Positions 46,724 through 60,568 of a stretch of 64,000 bases of DNA are shown here, in pieces; the stretch's first letter is position 1; the number at the start of each line of letters is the position of its first letter. The position numbers and the translations under genes are program-made. The DNA is taken from NCBI GenBank assembly GCA_030295235.1, contig AP026162.1, positions 496,001 through 560,000 on the forward strand, read 5' to 3'. The DNA is from Fistulifera solaris (taxonomy: Eukaryota). The notes beneath the pieces were generated by a model. The model saw only the letters and a list, made by a program, of their open reading frames with translations, searched no databases and was not told the DNA's origin.

Positions 46724-49700
46724 ATGACAGAAACAAGGAAAAATACTATTTCCAATCTTCTCAACGACATGAAAAAGGCCTGTCGGAGACCGCTTTATGC
46801 GGATATCGTATTGCAAACCTCTCAATGGAAAATCAGGAACCAACCACCAAGGAATCCGCCGAAAACAAACGACATTCCGCACAAATCAGCGTCAGGAATC
46901 TCATCGAAACCTTTGAATGACAAGGAGGAAGAAAAGTCGTGGCAACGGGTACGTTTGTGGTTGTCAAAGTCACGTGTTTCGATTTGCAAGATTGTCGTAG
47001 TCGATGATTACTCATGTTATTTGTTTTCTTTTCATAGCTGTTGGCTGAGGCGGCGGAACTAGCTAGCTTTTTGACAGAGGAGGAGCACAACACGGTATTC
47101 CGTTTGGCCTCCATTATGCTACTGGGATATTTGCTACCGTACTCGACGGGAAATGACTATTACTTGTTGGAGGATTTTCGGAGGGATTATGCCGACCCTG
47201 CTCCATTGGATATAGAGAAAGAAATCATTCAGTTGCCGCTCGAAACTCGTATTCGAAAATCAATCCGCAATCTACCGGTCAATGAAGTGGGGGATATTTT
47301 GACGGATCCGTATCACGATGTGGCATTTCATGACTTCATGACCGAGGGTTTAGTTCCGCTATTAGAGGCGAGACCATTTCCTCGCGAACAAATTGATCTT
47401 TTGCATATCTTTGCCATGCTCATACATCCATGCCCCACTGTGTTGTTTCTTCCGCGCTATTACGAACGCGACTGCTCGATTTGGAGAAACACTTGCCAGC
47501 TTGTGGAATGCAGCTACGGTTGTCATTTTCAAACACAATACAGACATCGCGTTCAAGCGATACAAATACTCGCCAAAAGTCTTACAATACCGCCATTACC
47601 CGTCGATTCAATACGGCCTGTCACAGCTCTTCTTCGAGGAGCTATCCCGCATTTACAAGCAGCCTTGCATTGTTTCGCCATCGGCGCTGAATCCACTTAC
47701 GATGCCCATTTAGCATATCGTGTCAAAGTGAATCTTGATCTTCAAACGCAGAATGTGGAAATAATAAGAGATACTTGGGATTCGTTACTGCATCACTTTG
47801 ACGAAAACAGTGATCATGGCTGTGGCGCCTGTTCAAATAGACATCACCATCGGAAGTGCAAACCAGACGTGTTTGACATACCTGAGGACGACGAAGGTTT
47901 TTGCTTGAACACGGCTCGAGGACAACTTTTGTCCTTTTTCATTGTGCGATCGTGTTCCACATATGATACAGTCGATCCAGAGCTCCTCTACAAAATAGTG
48001 GACGGTCTCGGGGAACGGATTGAATGGCAGTTGGAGGGTTGGAAACGATGCGACGAGCCAAACAATGGGAACGATACAAAACGAATACGATTGCCGTGTT
48101 TACTTGCCGCATTACTATCTGCGGTACGGCACGCCTTTCTATTTCGACCCTCGCGTTTAAAAAGACGAGGACGATGATCCATGTGCGACGCCCATCGAAT
48201 GTGCAATAGAACTTCTCAGTCACCCCAATGCGTATATAGCTGAGGAATCAGCAAAGTTATTGACCACGGCTTTTCGTCAGGACAGAGACAACAATATCAG
48301 TTTATATGCGGTTGCCCTCTTTCAGGGGGATTTATGAGATGCTCAAAGGTTATGGTGACATTGCGCAGCTGACAGAATTAGCTGGCGTTGCTACTGAACA
48401 ATCACCGCAACACGGGCTTTCCCTGATGAACTTCTTGATAGAAACACCGGAGATAGAGTCAAATGAGCAGCTGAACCGTCGATTGCAGTTGATTGTGGCC
48501 ATCGCGACGAATTTTCCGTTGATCGCCTCAAAACAGATGGACAAGCTCGTAGCGTTGATGAACTCTATTCCATCGAATTCAACTTCGTCGCTCTTCCCTG
48601 CATTCTCAGCAAGTCGTCTTGCACATTTCCTTCCTGGTAAAGAAGACAAAAACATCAACGAAATAGCGACTCGCATTCTCTCTCTCGACGCTTGGTCAAG
48701 GTACAAAGTTGCACGACATTCATTTGTATCCGGAAATTTCCTAGAGGCTTCCCAATTTTTCAGTAGTCTCCTTGAGGATTGCTCCGTTGAGAATCACTAC
48801 TTGTGGATCGATTCATTGGAACAACTCTCTTCAGCTGAAGCAGCACTCGCCGCACGCGCTTCCATGGGTATCCCAGAAGCTGTGGAAAAGATGCAGAGAG
48901 CTGTGGCTCGACTTCAACACATCCGCAACACAAAAGAAAGTTACCATTTTACAATTTCCTTCCTACGACTGAGGCTTGATTTCCTAGATCTCACTACTGT
49001 GCTACGGCAACTAACACGTGAAATGCGACTGACGGGCTCTTTTCCATCTAAGAAAACGCGCAATCATGTTTATATGCTAAACACTATCAAATCGTTCAAG
49101 GTTCTCGCTCAAAGGTTCAAAACTCTGTGTTGGGAAGAGGGAATCTACTTTCGACATTATCAGTCGAGAATGGCGGTTTACCTCAACAGTCAGATGGCTC
49201 TATTCTTGCACTCGTTTGCACAGATGACGTTTGCTGACGCAAAATCGGTGAAACAGAATTTTTCGTTTATATGTGATAAGTCGATACGTCACCCTATGGC
49301 CGTATTAATGCGAGAGATGGCTTCTGCCGTGTCGGAAAAAGCAGAGTCTCTAGGTCGAGCTGAAATTTTATTACAGCTCCTGGATGGGCTGCTGATGACA
49401 CCCGTGCCCATCCCGCGAGACATCTTGTTGCCAAAATGTGACTATACCGCGGACATTCGACTGCTGGTAAGCTCTGGCGATAGAGAACATCATATCATCC
49501 ACGCCTGTCCAACAGTTGGTTTTGAGTTTCAGGTGATAGGGCGTATCTCGCCTAATTTGCTTCATAAAGCGCTTGACCCTATTGCAATGGTTTCAGTGTG
49601 GTTTCGAGTGAGTTATGTGGCCCCAATCGATGAAGAAGACGGTAATAAGGGCGACGAGGAGGACGAAGTAGACACAACAACCATCGCCTCCATTCCCGAT

Positions 49701-49901
49701 CTGTCCAAGATATCGCCGTGGTTAGGTACATTTTGTCCCTTCAGTGGTAGATTCGCGCATGAAGTCGAAGGAATGCCGTTTGCTGACGAGGGTATCTTTC
49801 TTCTGGAAGCTCAATTAGGTTGTCAAGATATTGCTGGAAAGACCTGGAAGTTGCAAAGTGTACCAGCCTCAATACAAATTCGCGTTGCTCGACCGCGCTA
49901 A
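46724..49901 (+). CDS. Large helical-repeat protein, Integrator subunit 7 (INTS7)-like
   Basis: Intron 46949-47037 and two homopolymer frameshifts (~48160, ~48327) join the ORFs. WSRYKVARHS..GNF..A..F..L...SVENHYLWIDSL...AE resembles INTS7, followed by a C-terminal beta-rich domain. Confidence 0.55.
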
Positions 49902-50217
49902 AAGCCTTGACTAGTTACAGCTTGTCTGTAGTTCTATGGTGCACCATGTTTGAAGAATCGACATGTACTAGAATGAAGCAAGACCGTCGAATTTACGCTG
50001 TAATGGTCACGCGAACCAAATCAGTCTGCTTTTCTCATTTCAGGGTGCAAATTGATGCCCTCGCCAAAAGCAAATCAAAGCTTTTCAATTTTGATTGTAC
50101 CATTTAATAAGCTAGCTAAAACGTTTGACTTGTATACCAGATTCGGCGAATGCTTTTCATGCTGTCGACGCAAGAAAATGAACTAGAGCGCCTTCGATTT
50201 CCTGTGTTTTTACAACG

Positions 50218-50769
50218 TTATTTCGCTTCTTGTTCATCGATTGAGCTTTCTAGCCACGCGTGGAGTGCTGTGCGAAATAATTTTTGCCACGTACGACCGT
50301 TGCTGTCATCGTCCGATAAAATTTCAAATAACGACCGCATGCGACGTTCGACCCAGACTGGGTCAACTCGCTCTACAAACTTTGTAGCAAAGCTGATTTG
50401 CCATCCATACAGTCGCTCCGTGTTTTCTTTCCAACCGAATGCGCTTGTGGCAGGAACTCGATGAGACCTTTCGTCCGCGCAAAACTCTTCTGCTGAACTG
50501 TAGATATGTACACGCGAGAATATGACAGAACCGACAATGCGGCTGGTCTGGAATCGATCGGGTAGAGCACTGTGACTGGAACTTTGATCTTCCGATTCAA
50601 GTAAGAGTATGCGACGCCCTATCAAGGGTTCTGGAAGAGGGTAAGCTCTTGCTTCGATAGTCTTCTTTCCTTCTAACAGAAATCTGGACCATGGCTGTTG
50701 TACTTCCAAAGCGTATTCGCCCGTCGACCAATTAGGGGAATCGATCGAATAAAACTCTTGTGTACTCAT
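50218..50769 (-). CDS. ASCH/PUA-like domain protein
   Basis: ALEVQQPWSRFLLEGKKTIEAR matches the ASCH motif (QPW...GxKxxExR). ATG at 50769. Confidence 0.75.
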   Translation of the reverse strand: MSTQEFYSIDSPNWSTGEYALEVQQPWSRFLLEGKKTIEARAYPLPEPLIGRRILLLESEDQSSSHSALPDRFQTSRIVGSVIFSRVHIYSSAEEFCADERSHRVPATSAFGWKENTERLYGWQISFATKFVERVDPVWVERRMRSLFEILSDDDSNGRTWQKLFRTALHAWLESSIDEQEAK

Positions 50770-50894
50770 CGAGAGTAGCACGGGAAGGTTATTAACGGGT
50801 TGCACAACATCTATTTATTATTATTCACGCTATATCATCAATAATGAGCGCATAAATAGAACACAAACCTTGCGTTGTCTTATGGTCTTGTTAC

Positions 50895-51205
50895 ACATAC
50901 CCAGAAAATCGGGAAAGGACGTTAAAATTCTGCCTCTCAGTACAAGTTTCTACGTAAAGCCTACGGCGAGGCAGAATTTTAACGTCGCTTCCGGAGAGTT
51001 ACGTAAGTGTTTGCACGCGTACCCAGAAAATCGGTCGGTGTTTTCACGTATCCAGGAAATCTGGGGGTATGGTGTTTTCACGTCCCCAGAAAATGTGCGC
51101 GTGTGGCGTTTTCACGTACCCAGAAATTCCGGGAGAGCGGTGTTTTCACGTCCCCAGAAAATGTGGGATTGCGGTTTTTTCACGTCCGCAGAAAATCTGG
51201 CGCTG
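50895..51205. repeat. ~33-bp minisatellite related to the 26.8-27.3 kb array (opposite orientation), containing a 19-bp inverted repeat
   Basis: GGTGTTTTCACGT(A/C)CCCAGAAAATGTG units at 51037-51200. GACGTTAAAATTCTGCCTC at 50918-50936 is inverted at 50968-50986. Confidence 0.88.
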
Positions 51206-51321
51206 TGATTTTTACGATTGCACTTTTTGCGTGCCGACGATGACATTATTTTTTGTTAATTGCAATGCAAAGGTCTCTATTACTTGTAAACCAGGAAAGG
51301 AAGTCGCCATTAATAAAATAG

Positions 51322-52566
51322 ATGACTATTCATTTCGAAATCCGAATCGATGAGCAAGCCGTCATTGAATCAGTCGACAAGCTGCAGCTTCAATGGAAGG
51401 AGTACTTGCAAAGTCGTTCCGCAACCATCGACGCAATGACATTTCAACAAGCTCCTTTGCATTTGTGTTACGGTGGCGATTACACCATTTACAGTGAAGG
51501 GACGACAGTAACGAGTATTTTACTGACAGAAACGACATCGTTTGAAGTATACACGTTTCTCTTAAGTACGGAAGAACCTTCAATTGAAGAACTCGAACCA
51601 TCGGAAGGAGGCGGGAGCGATCAAGAATGGACGGCTGCGTGTGAAAATTTGACGCTGCCACATGTATCGTTGCACACTTCCTGGGAATCATTACTGTTTG
51701 AAGGATCTATAAAACAACAGTTGTTTTATTATGCGAATTCCGCGTTGCACTTTGCCGACAAACAAGTTTCGGGTCATATGGTTCATTGGAATCGTCTCGT
51801 CTTGCTGTGGGGACCTCCGGGAACGGGAAAAACATCTCTTTGCAGGGCTCTCGCACAGAAACTAGCGATACGATTGAATCGACGTTTTCCTCGCGCGTGC
51901 TTGTTGGAAATTCATTCTCATTCTCTCTTTTCGAAATGGTTTTCCACGAGCGGAAAATTGATACACAAACTATTTGATCTCATTCAAGAAATGCTGCAAG
52001 AAGACCCGGAGCGATTAGTGTGTGTCTTGATGGATGAAATTGAAAGTCTCGCGGCCAGTCGGTCGGCTGCAAGCAGTAGTGAACCCACCGATGCCATGCG
52101 CGCCGTCAATTCCTTACTGACCGGGTTGGATCGGTTGCGACACTGTCCCAACGTTTTGCTTCTGGCGACCACCAACTTGACGCAATCGGTCGACACGGCC
52201 TTTTTAGATCGCGCTGATGTTAAAATTTACATCGGTCCTCCGTGCCTCGAAGCGCGATGTGCCATGTTGCACTCGAGCTTAAATGAACTGATGCGAGTGA
52301 AGATTGTCAGAAAGACGGAAGAGACGGATCCGGATGGTAATGCAACGACAAATTCTTTGTATCAGCAACGAGTACTGTCACTGGCGCTGCTGGCCGATGG
52401 CTTAAGTGGTCGAAGTCTTCGACGATTGCCATTGCAAGCACATGCGCGTGTTGCGTCATCCACTTTAGCTAGTATCGATTCCATTCCGATGGATGTATAC
52501 ATGAATGCTTTGGAGCATACGATACGAATGGAACTAGAATCGCTTAAATTGATGAATAAAAGCTAA
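51322..52566 (+). CDS. PCH2: Pachytene checkpoint AAA+ ATPase PCH2/TRIP13
   Basis: WNRLVLLWGPPGTGKTSLCRALAQKL, EIHSHSLFSKWFS.SGKLI, SEPTDAMRAVNSLLT and GLSGRSLRRLP. Confidence 0.93.
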   Translation: MTIHFEIRIDEQAVIESVDKLQLQWKEYLQSRSATIDAMTFQQAPLHLCYGGDYTIYSEGTTVTSILLTETTSFEVYTFLLSTEEPSIEELEPSEGGGSDQEWTAACENLTLPHVSLHTSWESLLFEGSIKQQLFYYANSALHFADKQVSGHMVHWNRLVLLWGPPGTGKTSLCRALAQKLAIRLNRRFPRACLLEIHSHSLFSKWFSTSGKLIHKLFDLIQEMLQEDPERLVCVLMDEIESLAASRSAASSSEPTDAMRAVNSLLTGLDRLRHCPNVLLLATTNLTQSVDTAFLDRADVKIYIGPPCLEARCAMLHSSLNELMRVKIVRKTEETDPDGNATTNSLYQQRVLSLALLADGLSGRSLRRLPLQAHARVASSTLASIDSIPMDVYMNALEHTIRMELESLKLMNKS

Positions 52567-52641
52567 ACTTTTTTGTTTTGTATATGTAATGAATTTGCTG
52601 TTGTTACAGTGATTTAAATAGGACAGTCTAGCATTTCAAAA

Positions 52642-53598
52642 TCATTGCGCCCGACGACGCTTTGCCGGCGGCCCATCGCCTCTATCCTGATCGCGACGCA
52701 AAGGATGATGTTTCAGCATGTCAAAGGAAAAGCCGGATCGTTCTGGAGCGGGACCACCGTCTTCCCAGCCTTGTACGGCCCATCCTGCTTTCCCGAATGC
52801 TTTACTCCCGTACCCTGCCTTCCATCCGTTTCGACCAAACGCCACTGCCAATCCAGCAAACTCGCCACTCGAAGTACTCGGTTGTCCTGCTCGCAGACCG
52901 ACATGCTTCGGTCCCGCTGGTATGACTCTCTTTTGTTGTTCCGCACGGGGCGTCGCCAGTTTGACTTCCACGGGTCGTCCGTGAATGTTGATGGGTTGTA
53001 CTTCAATGGCCTTTTGTGCCCCCTGCGATCCATTTTCAAAAGTCACAAAGCCAAAGCCTCGACTCCGCATTGTTGTCTGGTCTAACATGACAATCGCATC
53101 CACCACTGCACCAAATTGTTCAAAGATCTGCTTGAGTTCTTCGTGATCGACTTGCGGTGGCAGTCCTCCGACGAAAATTTTATTGTGCAACTGTTCCGGC
53201 GTCAGTTCGGCTTCGACCGGTGGAGCGGGCGCTGCGGCGGGACCGTCATCGCCGTGATGGATGGAAGGAGGAGCGAGGCCTCGGGCTTGTGCGCGTTTGA
53301 CATCGACAATTTTGTGATTGATTTCGTGTTTGGCTTCGTTCATGACTAAATCAACCGTCGATGCGTCACTGAAAACAACAAACGCAAAGCCTCGTGGTTC
53401 ACCCGTTTGACGATTCTTCATGACTGTGTATGTAAAGAAGAGATTAAGGCGCAGTTATAGAAGGAGAACGACGCGAAATGCATGCGAAAACGCACCTTCG
53501 ACGGAAGCGACGGGCCCGTACTGTTCAAAATGCCATCGCAACGATTCTTCTGTCGTTTGCCACGAAAGACCACCGACAAAAATCTTGCCATGATCCAT
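52642..53598 (-). CDS. Two-RRM hnRNP A1/Musashi/DAZAP1-like RNA-binding protein
   Basis: KIFVGGLSW and RGFAFV (RRM1), KIFVGGL and RGFGFV (RRM2). Intron 53495-53424. C-terminal NLS PPAKRRR. Confidence 0.9.
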
Positions 53599-53729
53599 CA
53601 ATATGTTTTTGTCTGTCATCTTGTGTAACGAATAGACGATCTTGACTTATTTGTTCTATTCAAAAGAGGGCCCTTTTTCTGCTTTGTTGTCGAGGATGTC
53701 AAACAACGAAAGGCTGCTGGTTTCGATTT

Positions 53730-54064
53730 TGCTTTACAACAGTAAGGCAAAATTTTACGGATTTTGCTTAGGAAAATGTCATGGATTGTATTTAGCAATC
53801 CAGAACCATTCTACGACACTGATCGAATGTGTAGACAGAAAACCATATAGGGAGAGCAGTCATCTCGGGTCTGATTAAGGTTATCCACCTTTTAAGGAAA
53901 TAACCTTAATTATTTTGTTGATGAACACCAACCATTTATGGTTTTCGTCTACACATTTGGTGACTGTCAAGAAAGCGGTTCTGAAAGGGTAACTAGAATC
54001 CGTCGAGATCCTTATCTATTCACTAATTATAATCCGTAACATTTTGCCTTACTATGGTAAAGCA
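53730..54064. mobile_element. Fold-back/MITE-like element, copy 2
   Basis: ~34-bp terminal inverted repeats TGCTTTACAACAGTAAGGCAAAATTTTACGGATT / AATCCGTAACATTTTGCCTTACTATGGTAAAGCA (3 mismatches), plus nested internal inverted repeats. Confidence 0.72.
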
Positions 54065-54886
54065 GTTATTCAAAATATCGGCCTCGTTTTCTGCCGTCAT
54101 TATTCACCGTCATTGTTTTGTTGTGGCTGAGTCTATTTATTTCTTGGTTGCGGAGATGATAAAAAGCAAATCGTCAAAACTAAGAAAAAGTCGTCTCATT
54201 TACAATGGATGAAAATTAGGAACGCGGGAGGTGGCGTTTGCAGGCAAACAGCAATTGAACGTCATGCTCGTGAAACAGCGTGAAAGTATTGCTTTCGACT
54301 TGCGTCTTCCCATGGGGCTGTCTTTTCTCTTGTTGTAATGATTTCACTTTGACTGTCTCTAGCTAAATGGCATTGAGTGAAAGATACGAGACGACGCGAC
54401 GTATGACACCCTCTTTGAGATTTATTGTTCACGACGTAAAGGCCAGCGACGTGTGACGCTTTCTTACTCGTGCTGAGTCGGTGGTGGTATGTTGTCTAAG
54501 TTTTACGTGTCGTTTGTGGAAGGCCAAGGCCAGCTATACAGTTTATGTCAGATGAAAAGCAGATTTTACTAATGGAGATATTTACCGCTTAAATATCTGC
54601 GGGGACGACAAATTCCAGCTCAGTCTCTTGACTGAAAGCTCTGCCCTTGTCACCGTTCGTGAAAGATCACTTTTGCACCCTAATCCAAAAGTAAGATTGT
54701 AAAGAACACTTCGGCCTGTGAAAATATTTTGACGAATGTGGGTTCATCAACATACTGCATATCGAGGCGAGAATCATTCTCACTGAGCAAGATCGTTGAT
54801 TTTGAGCTTCTTACGAACAGCCGGCTTGCCGCATATGAAAGCACAAAGCGAAATGTATTCACTACATTAGATTATTGTTTCGTGTA

Positions 54887-56843
54887 TTAATTTTTCTTTT
54901 CGCTTTCAGGATTGACAAAGATTTCCATCTTTTCTGTTCGTGGGTTAAAAACCATGGATCGTTCACGACGAGCCGTTGCCACTTGATCTTCCATCTTCTG
55001 TCGAAGTTCGGCAATGCGTTGTCTCTCTTTCTCTCGTGCCGCTTGAAATTCGGTCATATCCTCTAGGGCTGCCTTTCTTAATCCTTTCCTCGCGTCTAGC
55101 ATTTCTTGCAGGTCAGCGGCTGTGAGACAGTCCAGCCACTTGGCGTACTCTTCGCGACTGGAACCTCCAGGAGTCAAAATCTCGGTGGCTAGCAGTTCCG
55201 CGCCGACAAGTTGCACTTCAAACTCCTTCCAGCTTGGACATTTGGAACGAAGAATAGCATAGGTGGGCTTAAGACCCGTCACGAAAGCTTTGAGAGCTTC
55301 GTCTTGCGCCGGATCGTTCGACCCAAATCGTGGAACAATGTACGATAGTAAACTGATCTTGTCCTCAATTTCAATAGCCGATGTATCCATTCCAACTGGC
55401 TTCCAGAAGTCTTCTTGGGGCATTCGTAGACCAAGACCTTCTCTCAGTGCCAGCATCTGCTGATCGTTCCCGTTGAACGCTGGATCGCAAATCAAGTCGG
55501 CCGCCAGTTGCGATTGCATACTAAACGTAAAGGAGAATTTATCCATTTTCGCGAGGACTTCGTAGATTGCTGGGAGATGTTCAATATTTCTTTCGATAGA
55601 AGCTTTTAATGTCTCCTTGTCATCTGCTGTCTCGAGAGCGCGTGTTAAGCGAGGTACCACGAGCTTCTTGTCACGATCTTCCATGACCGGAAGCATCCAC
55701 AACAAACTCTGCAAAGACCGTTCCAAATTTTCGAAATCAATGCAATCATCTTGAAACCCTTTCGTTGCTTGAACTACATACACGTTGTTGGCTTTGTTGG
55801 GTTTCAAGAGTTTTTGTAAAGGTCCAGCGTTCATTTCCGCGGCATTCTCTGGCGAAATGTCGAAACCTCTCAAGTTTTCCCAACCATCTCCCGCCGAAAA
55901 ATGAAAGAAACTTCCCGTCATCCACATGTGCTGATCGTCATTGTATTGTTGCCAAATTCTCGTTCGAGCTTCGGTAAATTTGTCCTTAACACCGTCCTTG
56001 CCCACAAACGTAACAATCATGGACCCACCGGGCTTGATAAGGTACCAAGCACTACGAAAGACCTCGCGTGGATTGGTCAAGTAGTCGACGGTGCATGTCA
56101 TGACAATCATATCGAATGGTTCCTTAGCCAACAAGCGAAGATCATCGCTGTCGACATCCCTTTCTTTGACAACTTTATTGAGATCGACGACCAACGTATC
56201 GGTCAAAGATGGATTTCGTTTCATGTCGGCCTCATTCGCACCGACACCCACATGGCGTGACAGTTTCAGATCGGAAGGAAAGTACGAATTCGCTCCGGCT
56301 CCCAATTCCAGCACCGACATTCCATCCCGCATGTAAAATGCAAAATGTGCTTGCAATTTCGCAATCCCATCTTCATCCATGACACTGCTGGGTTCGTCTG
56401 TTTGCGACCAGTATTGTAAGGGATCAAACGCCATTTCTTTCGCTTTCTCCAAATCTTCTTCTTTCGGTACTTGCGGCATACCCGATAACATGGTCGTTAA
56501 ACTCGAAACCGCCTTTTGTTGTTCCATTGCGGTCGCTTCCCCGGCCGATTTGAAAATGCTTTCATCGTACGGCCAAATCACGGGCCATTTCCAAATATTG
56601 GCTCCCACACGCAAGCCGGGAGCTTCTTTGGCCTTTTCGTCTAAATCCGCCATCGGCAATTTCTTCTTTTCTTGTTCTTCTCTCATCTTTTTTAATCATA
56701 GGACCGATGATCATGGGGGGCGGCACGGCGGAGAGTGCGGTGGTGCGTCGTGGGGATGCTGCCGATGGCATCGTCGTCGTCCATGCCGTTGACGATGGCA
56801 GGAGAAGCGTCGATAAAACGCTGACGGCCGTAAATAATTTCAT
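54887..56843 (-). CDS. Plastid-targeted class I SAM-dependent methyltransferase-like protein with long C-terminal extension
   Basis: Leader STA-W with VLELGAG, VGVGAN, VDYLTNPREVF and IKPGG. One extra base in the run at 56688-56693 splits the ORF. Confidence 0.75.
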
Positions 56844-57265
56844 TTTAGAGGAAACGGACAGAACTAGTAACAACTAACAACCCGAATAACTGGAATGTCG
56901 GGTTGATGGATTTTGCTTTGTCAAAAAAGCATCTGGAAAACGGACTTCAACTTGGTTTATATTGCGCACCCTGCCTGCGGACTTTGATGCGTGTTTGTAC
57001 GTCATACGTCAATAATACTTAGACTCATGACTAAAGGCCAGTCTTGGTTAAGTTGAGCTTACCTGGTACACATTGGGTATACAGAGACAGAGGCAGTTCT
57101 AACTCTCCGTACGACGGAGGCACGCATTGAGCAAACTCCTCCAATCAATCGCGTCGTTCCTTTTGCGCCTTTTTTCACAGAACAACAAACAAGCACAACA
57201 CACAACAACACATCTTGTCATCATTACATTTAATCATTGTAGAACAACGAACGCTACGAAATATC

Positions 57266-58904
<1,639 letters not shown>

Positions 58905-59034
58905 TTTTGGTGTGTTTGAAGATATGCTGAAGAGAGACATCAATGATACTGGCAACTTGCTAAGAATAACATTTACTTTAGCAGTCTCTTTGCTAGATGC
59001 GTATACGAATAACACTGGTGGCACCCGAGTTAAC

Positions 59035-59616
59035 CTAACTGAACTGCTTCATTTTGCGCTGTATGGCTTCCACTTCTTGTAGTTGCATGGCTTTGGCCAG
59101 CAGACCATCATCGCCCCCGGCAAAAGAGGGCGACATAGTGTCGAGCTGACTTATTTGCTGGCACATGACACAGTAAACAGCCTGTGAAGCCTTCTAATTC
59201 ACTTGAAGAAAAGTAGCACAGTTGGGACACTGCACAACTGTGGCGCATCCCTGGCCGATGGACTGGTAGACATGTTTCATGCCTTTCATGCGAATCGTTT
59301 GCCCGTTCTCGAGTTGCTGGACAGTATCCTCGTGGTATCGTTGGACCTTTTCTTTGTCGACTTTCGCAGCAGACCCGGCCGATAACTTGCTGGCTTGAAA
59401 CGACGAAAAGAGTCGGTGCTGCTCTCGCATCACTTCGGGGTCGTTCATCAACATAGATACATCGACATCGACAAATGCTTCGGAACTTGGGGCAGCTCGA
59501 GCCGCCTCCTCAAACTGCTGAAGATGTTTCGCTTGTTCTTGAATCAAGCGAGCCATTCGGTCACTGTCTCCTTGTTGTGGAAAGGACAAGCTGCTGTTAG
59601 ATAAAGAACGATACAT
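59035..59616 (-). pseudogene. Hypothetical CxxC-CxxC zinc-ribbon protein with an in-frame TAG (pseudogene or base error)
   Basis: CPNC...LQVN*KASQAVYCVMC: the TAG at 59194-59196 splits the two cysteine pairs. The frame stays open until the stop at 59035-59037. Confidence 0.5.
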
Positions 59617-60568
59617 TTTGATTTACCCTTTCGTTCTGCCTCGAAACAATTTTATGATGAAACATGGATGGCGTCGACTTTGGTTTCGTCTGCCAACCAT
59701 TGAAAACTTTTATAATTCCGCTGTCGGAGTCTCAAAATGAGAACATGGGGGAAGGCCGGCGTCAGCTGGCGTCTTCTGCAAATCTTCGATCTGAACTTTC
59801 AATTCCCACGTCCCCGCCGCCAGCCTCCAGAACTTTTTTCGGAGAAGCGGTGGCAGTGAAAACAGGTGAAAGATGAATGAACACAGTGGAGCGTGAAAAG
59901 GCAACCAGTCGCTAGCCGTGAAAGCGCGGTGCAAAGTGCAAAATGTGCTGACCGACCGGTCGTGAAGAAGTCGAATGGTGAATGGTGAATGGTGACTCGA
60001 CTTTGGTCACACTTGAAGTAACGTAGTAGCCTCTTCGCACTTTCTCATTTAGTACTAGAAAAGATGAAGTTACTGTAGGCTTAAAGAACAAGGACAACAT
60101 CTGTACGTCACACATCATTGCTTTTATATCAGTCGAAGAGTGTTGAGAACTGTTAAAGGGAATCTGTGCGATATGACTCATATAAGGCAGATCACAGATT
60201 TGGTCATTTGGTCCTCAGCTTTTTGCTTTACAGTACTGTACAAATGTACGAAAGACGTACGCCGTACGCCGCACGCCGATGTCTTATGTCCCAAACTATT
60301 CTTTTACGAAAAACGAAAACAGTGTATATATACAGTATACAGTATACAGTCGATTAGAACTACGTTAAAGTGTACCCGGGATTTCTCTGACTCAGCTCGA
60401 TTTCAGTCCCGACATGAACGTTCGTTTTTTTGGCATTGCAAAATGCGATGATCGATTGACTGCGACGATGATTATAACTTTGTTGTTCAATAAATTAAAT
60501 TTTGACTTGTTTGATAATTGAATCTCCGTTAAAAGTCTTCAAATTGAGAATCAGCTTTTGTGAGAGCC

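Noticed and set aside
57058..57125. U1 snRNA candidate (CTTACCTGG plus downstream hairpin)
   Set aside because: It lacks the ATA start, the loop II TGCAC motif and an Sm site, and lies in the RIO2 promoter.
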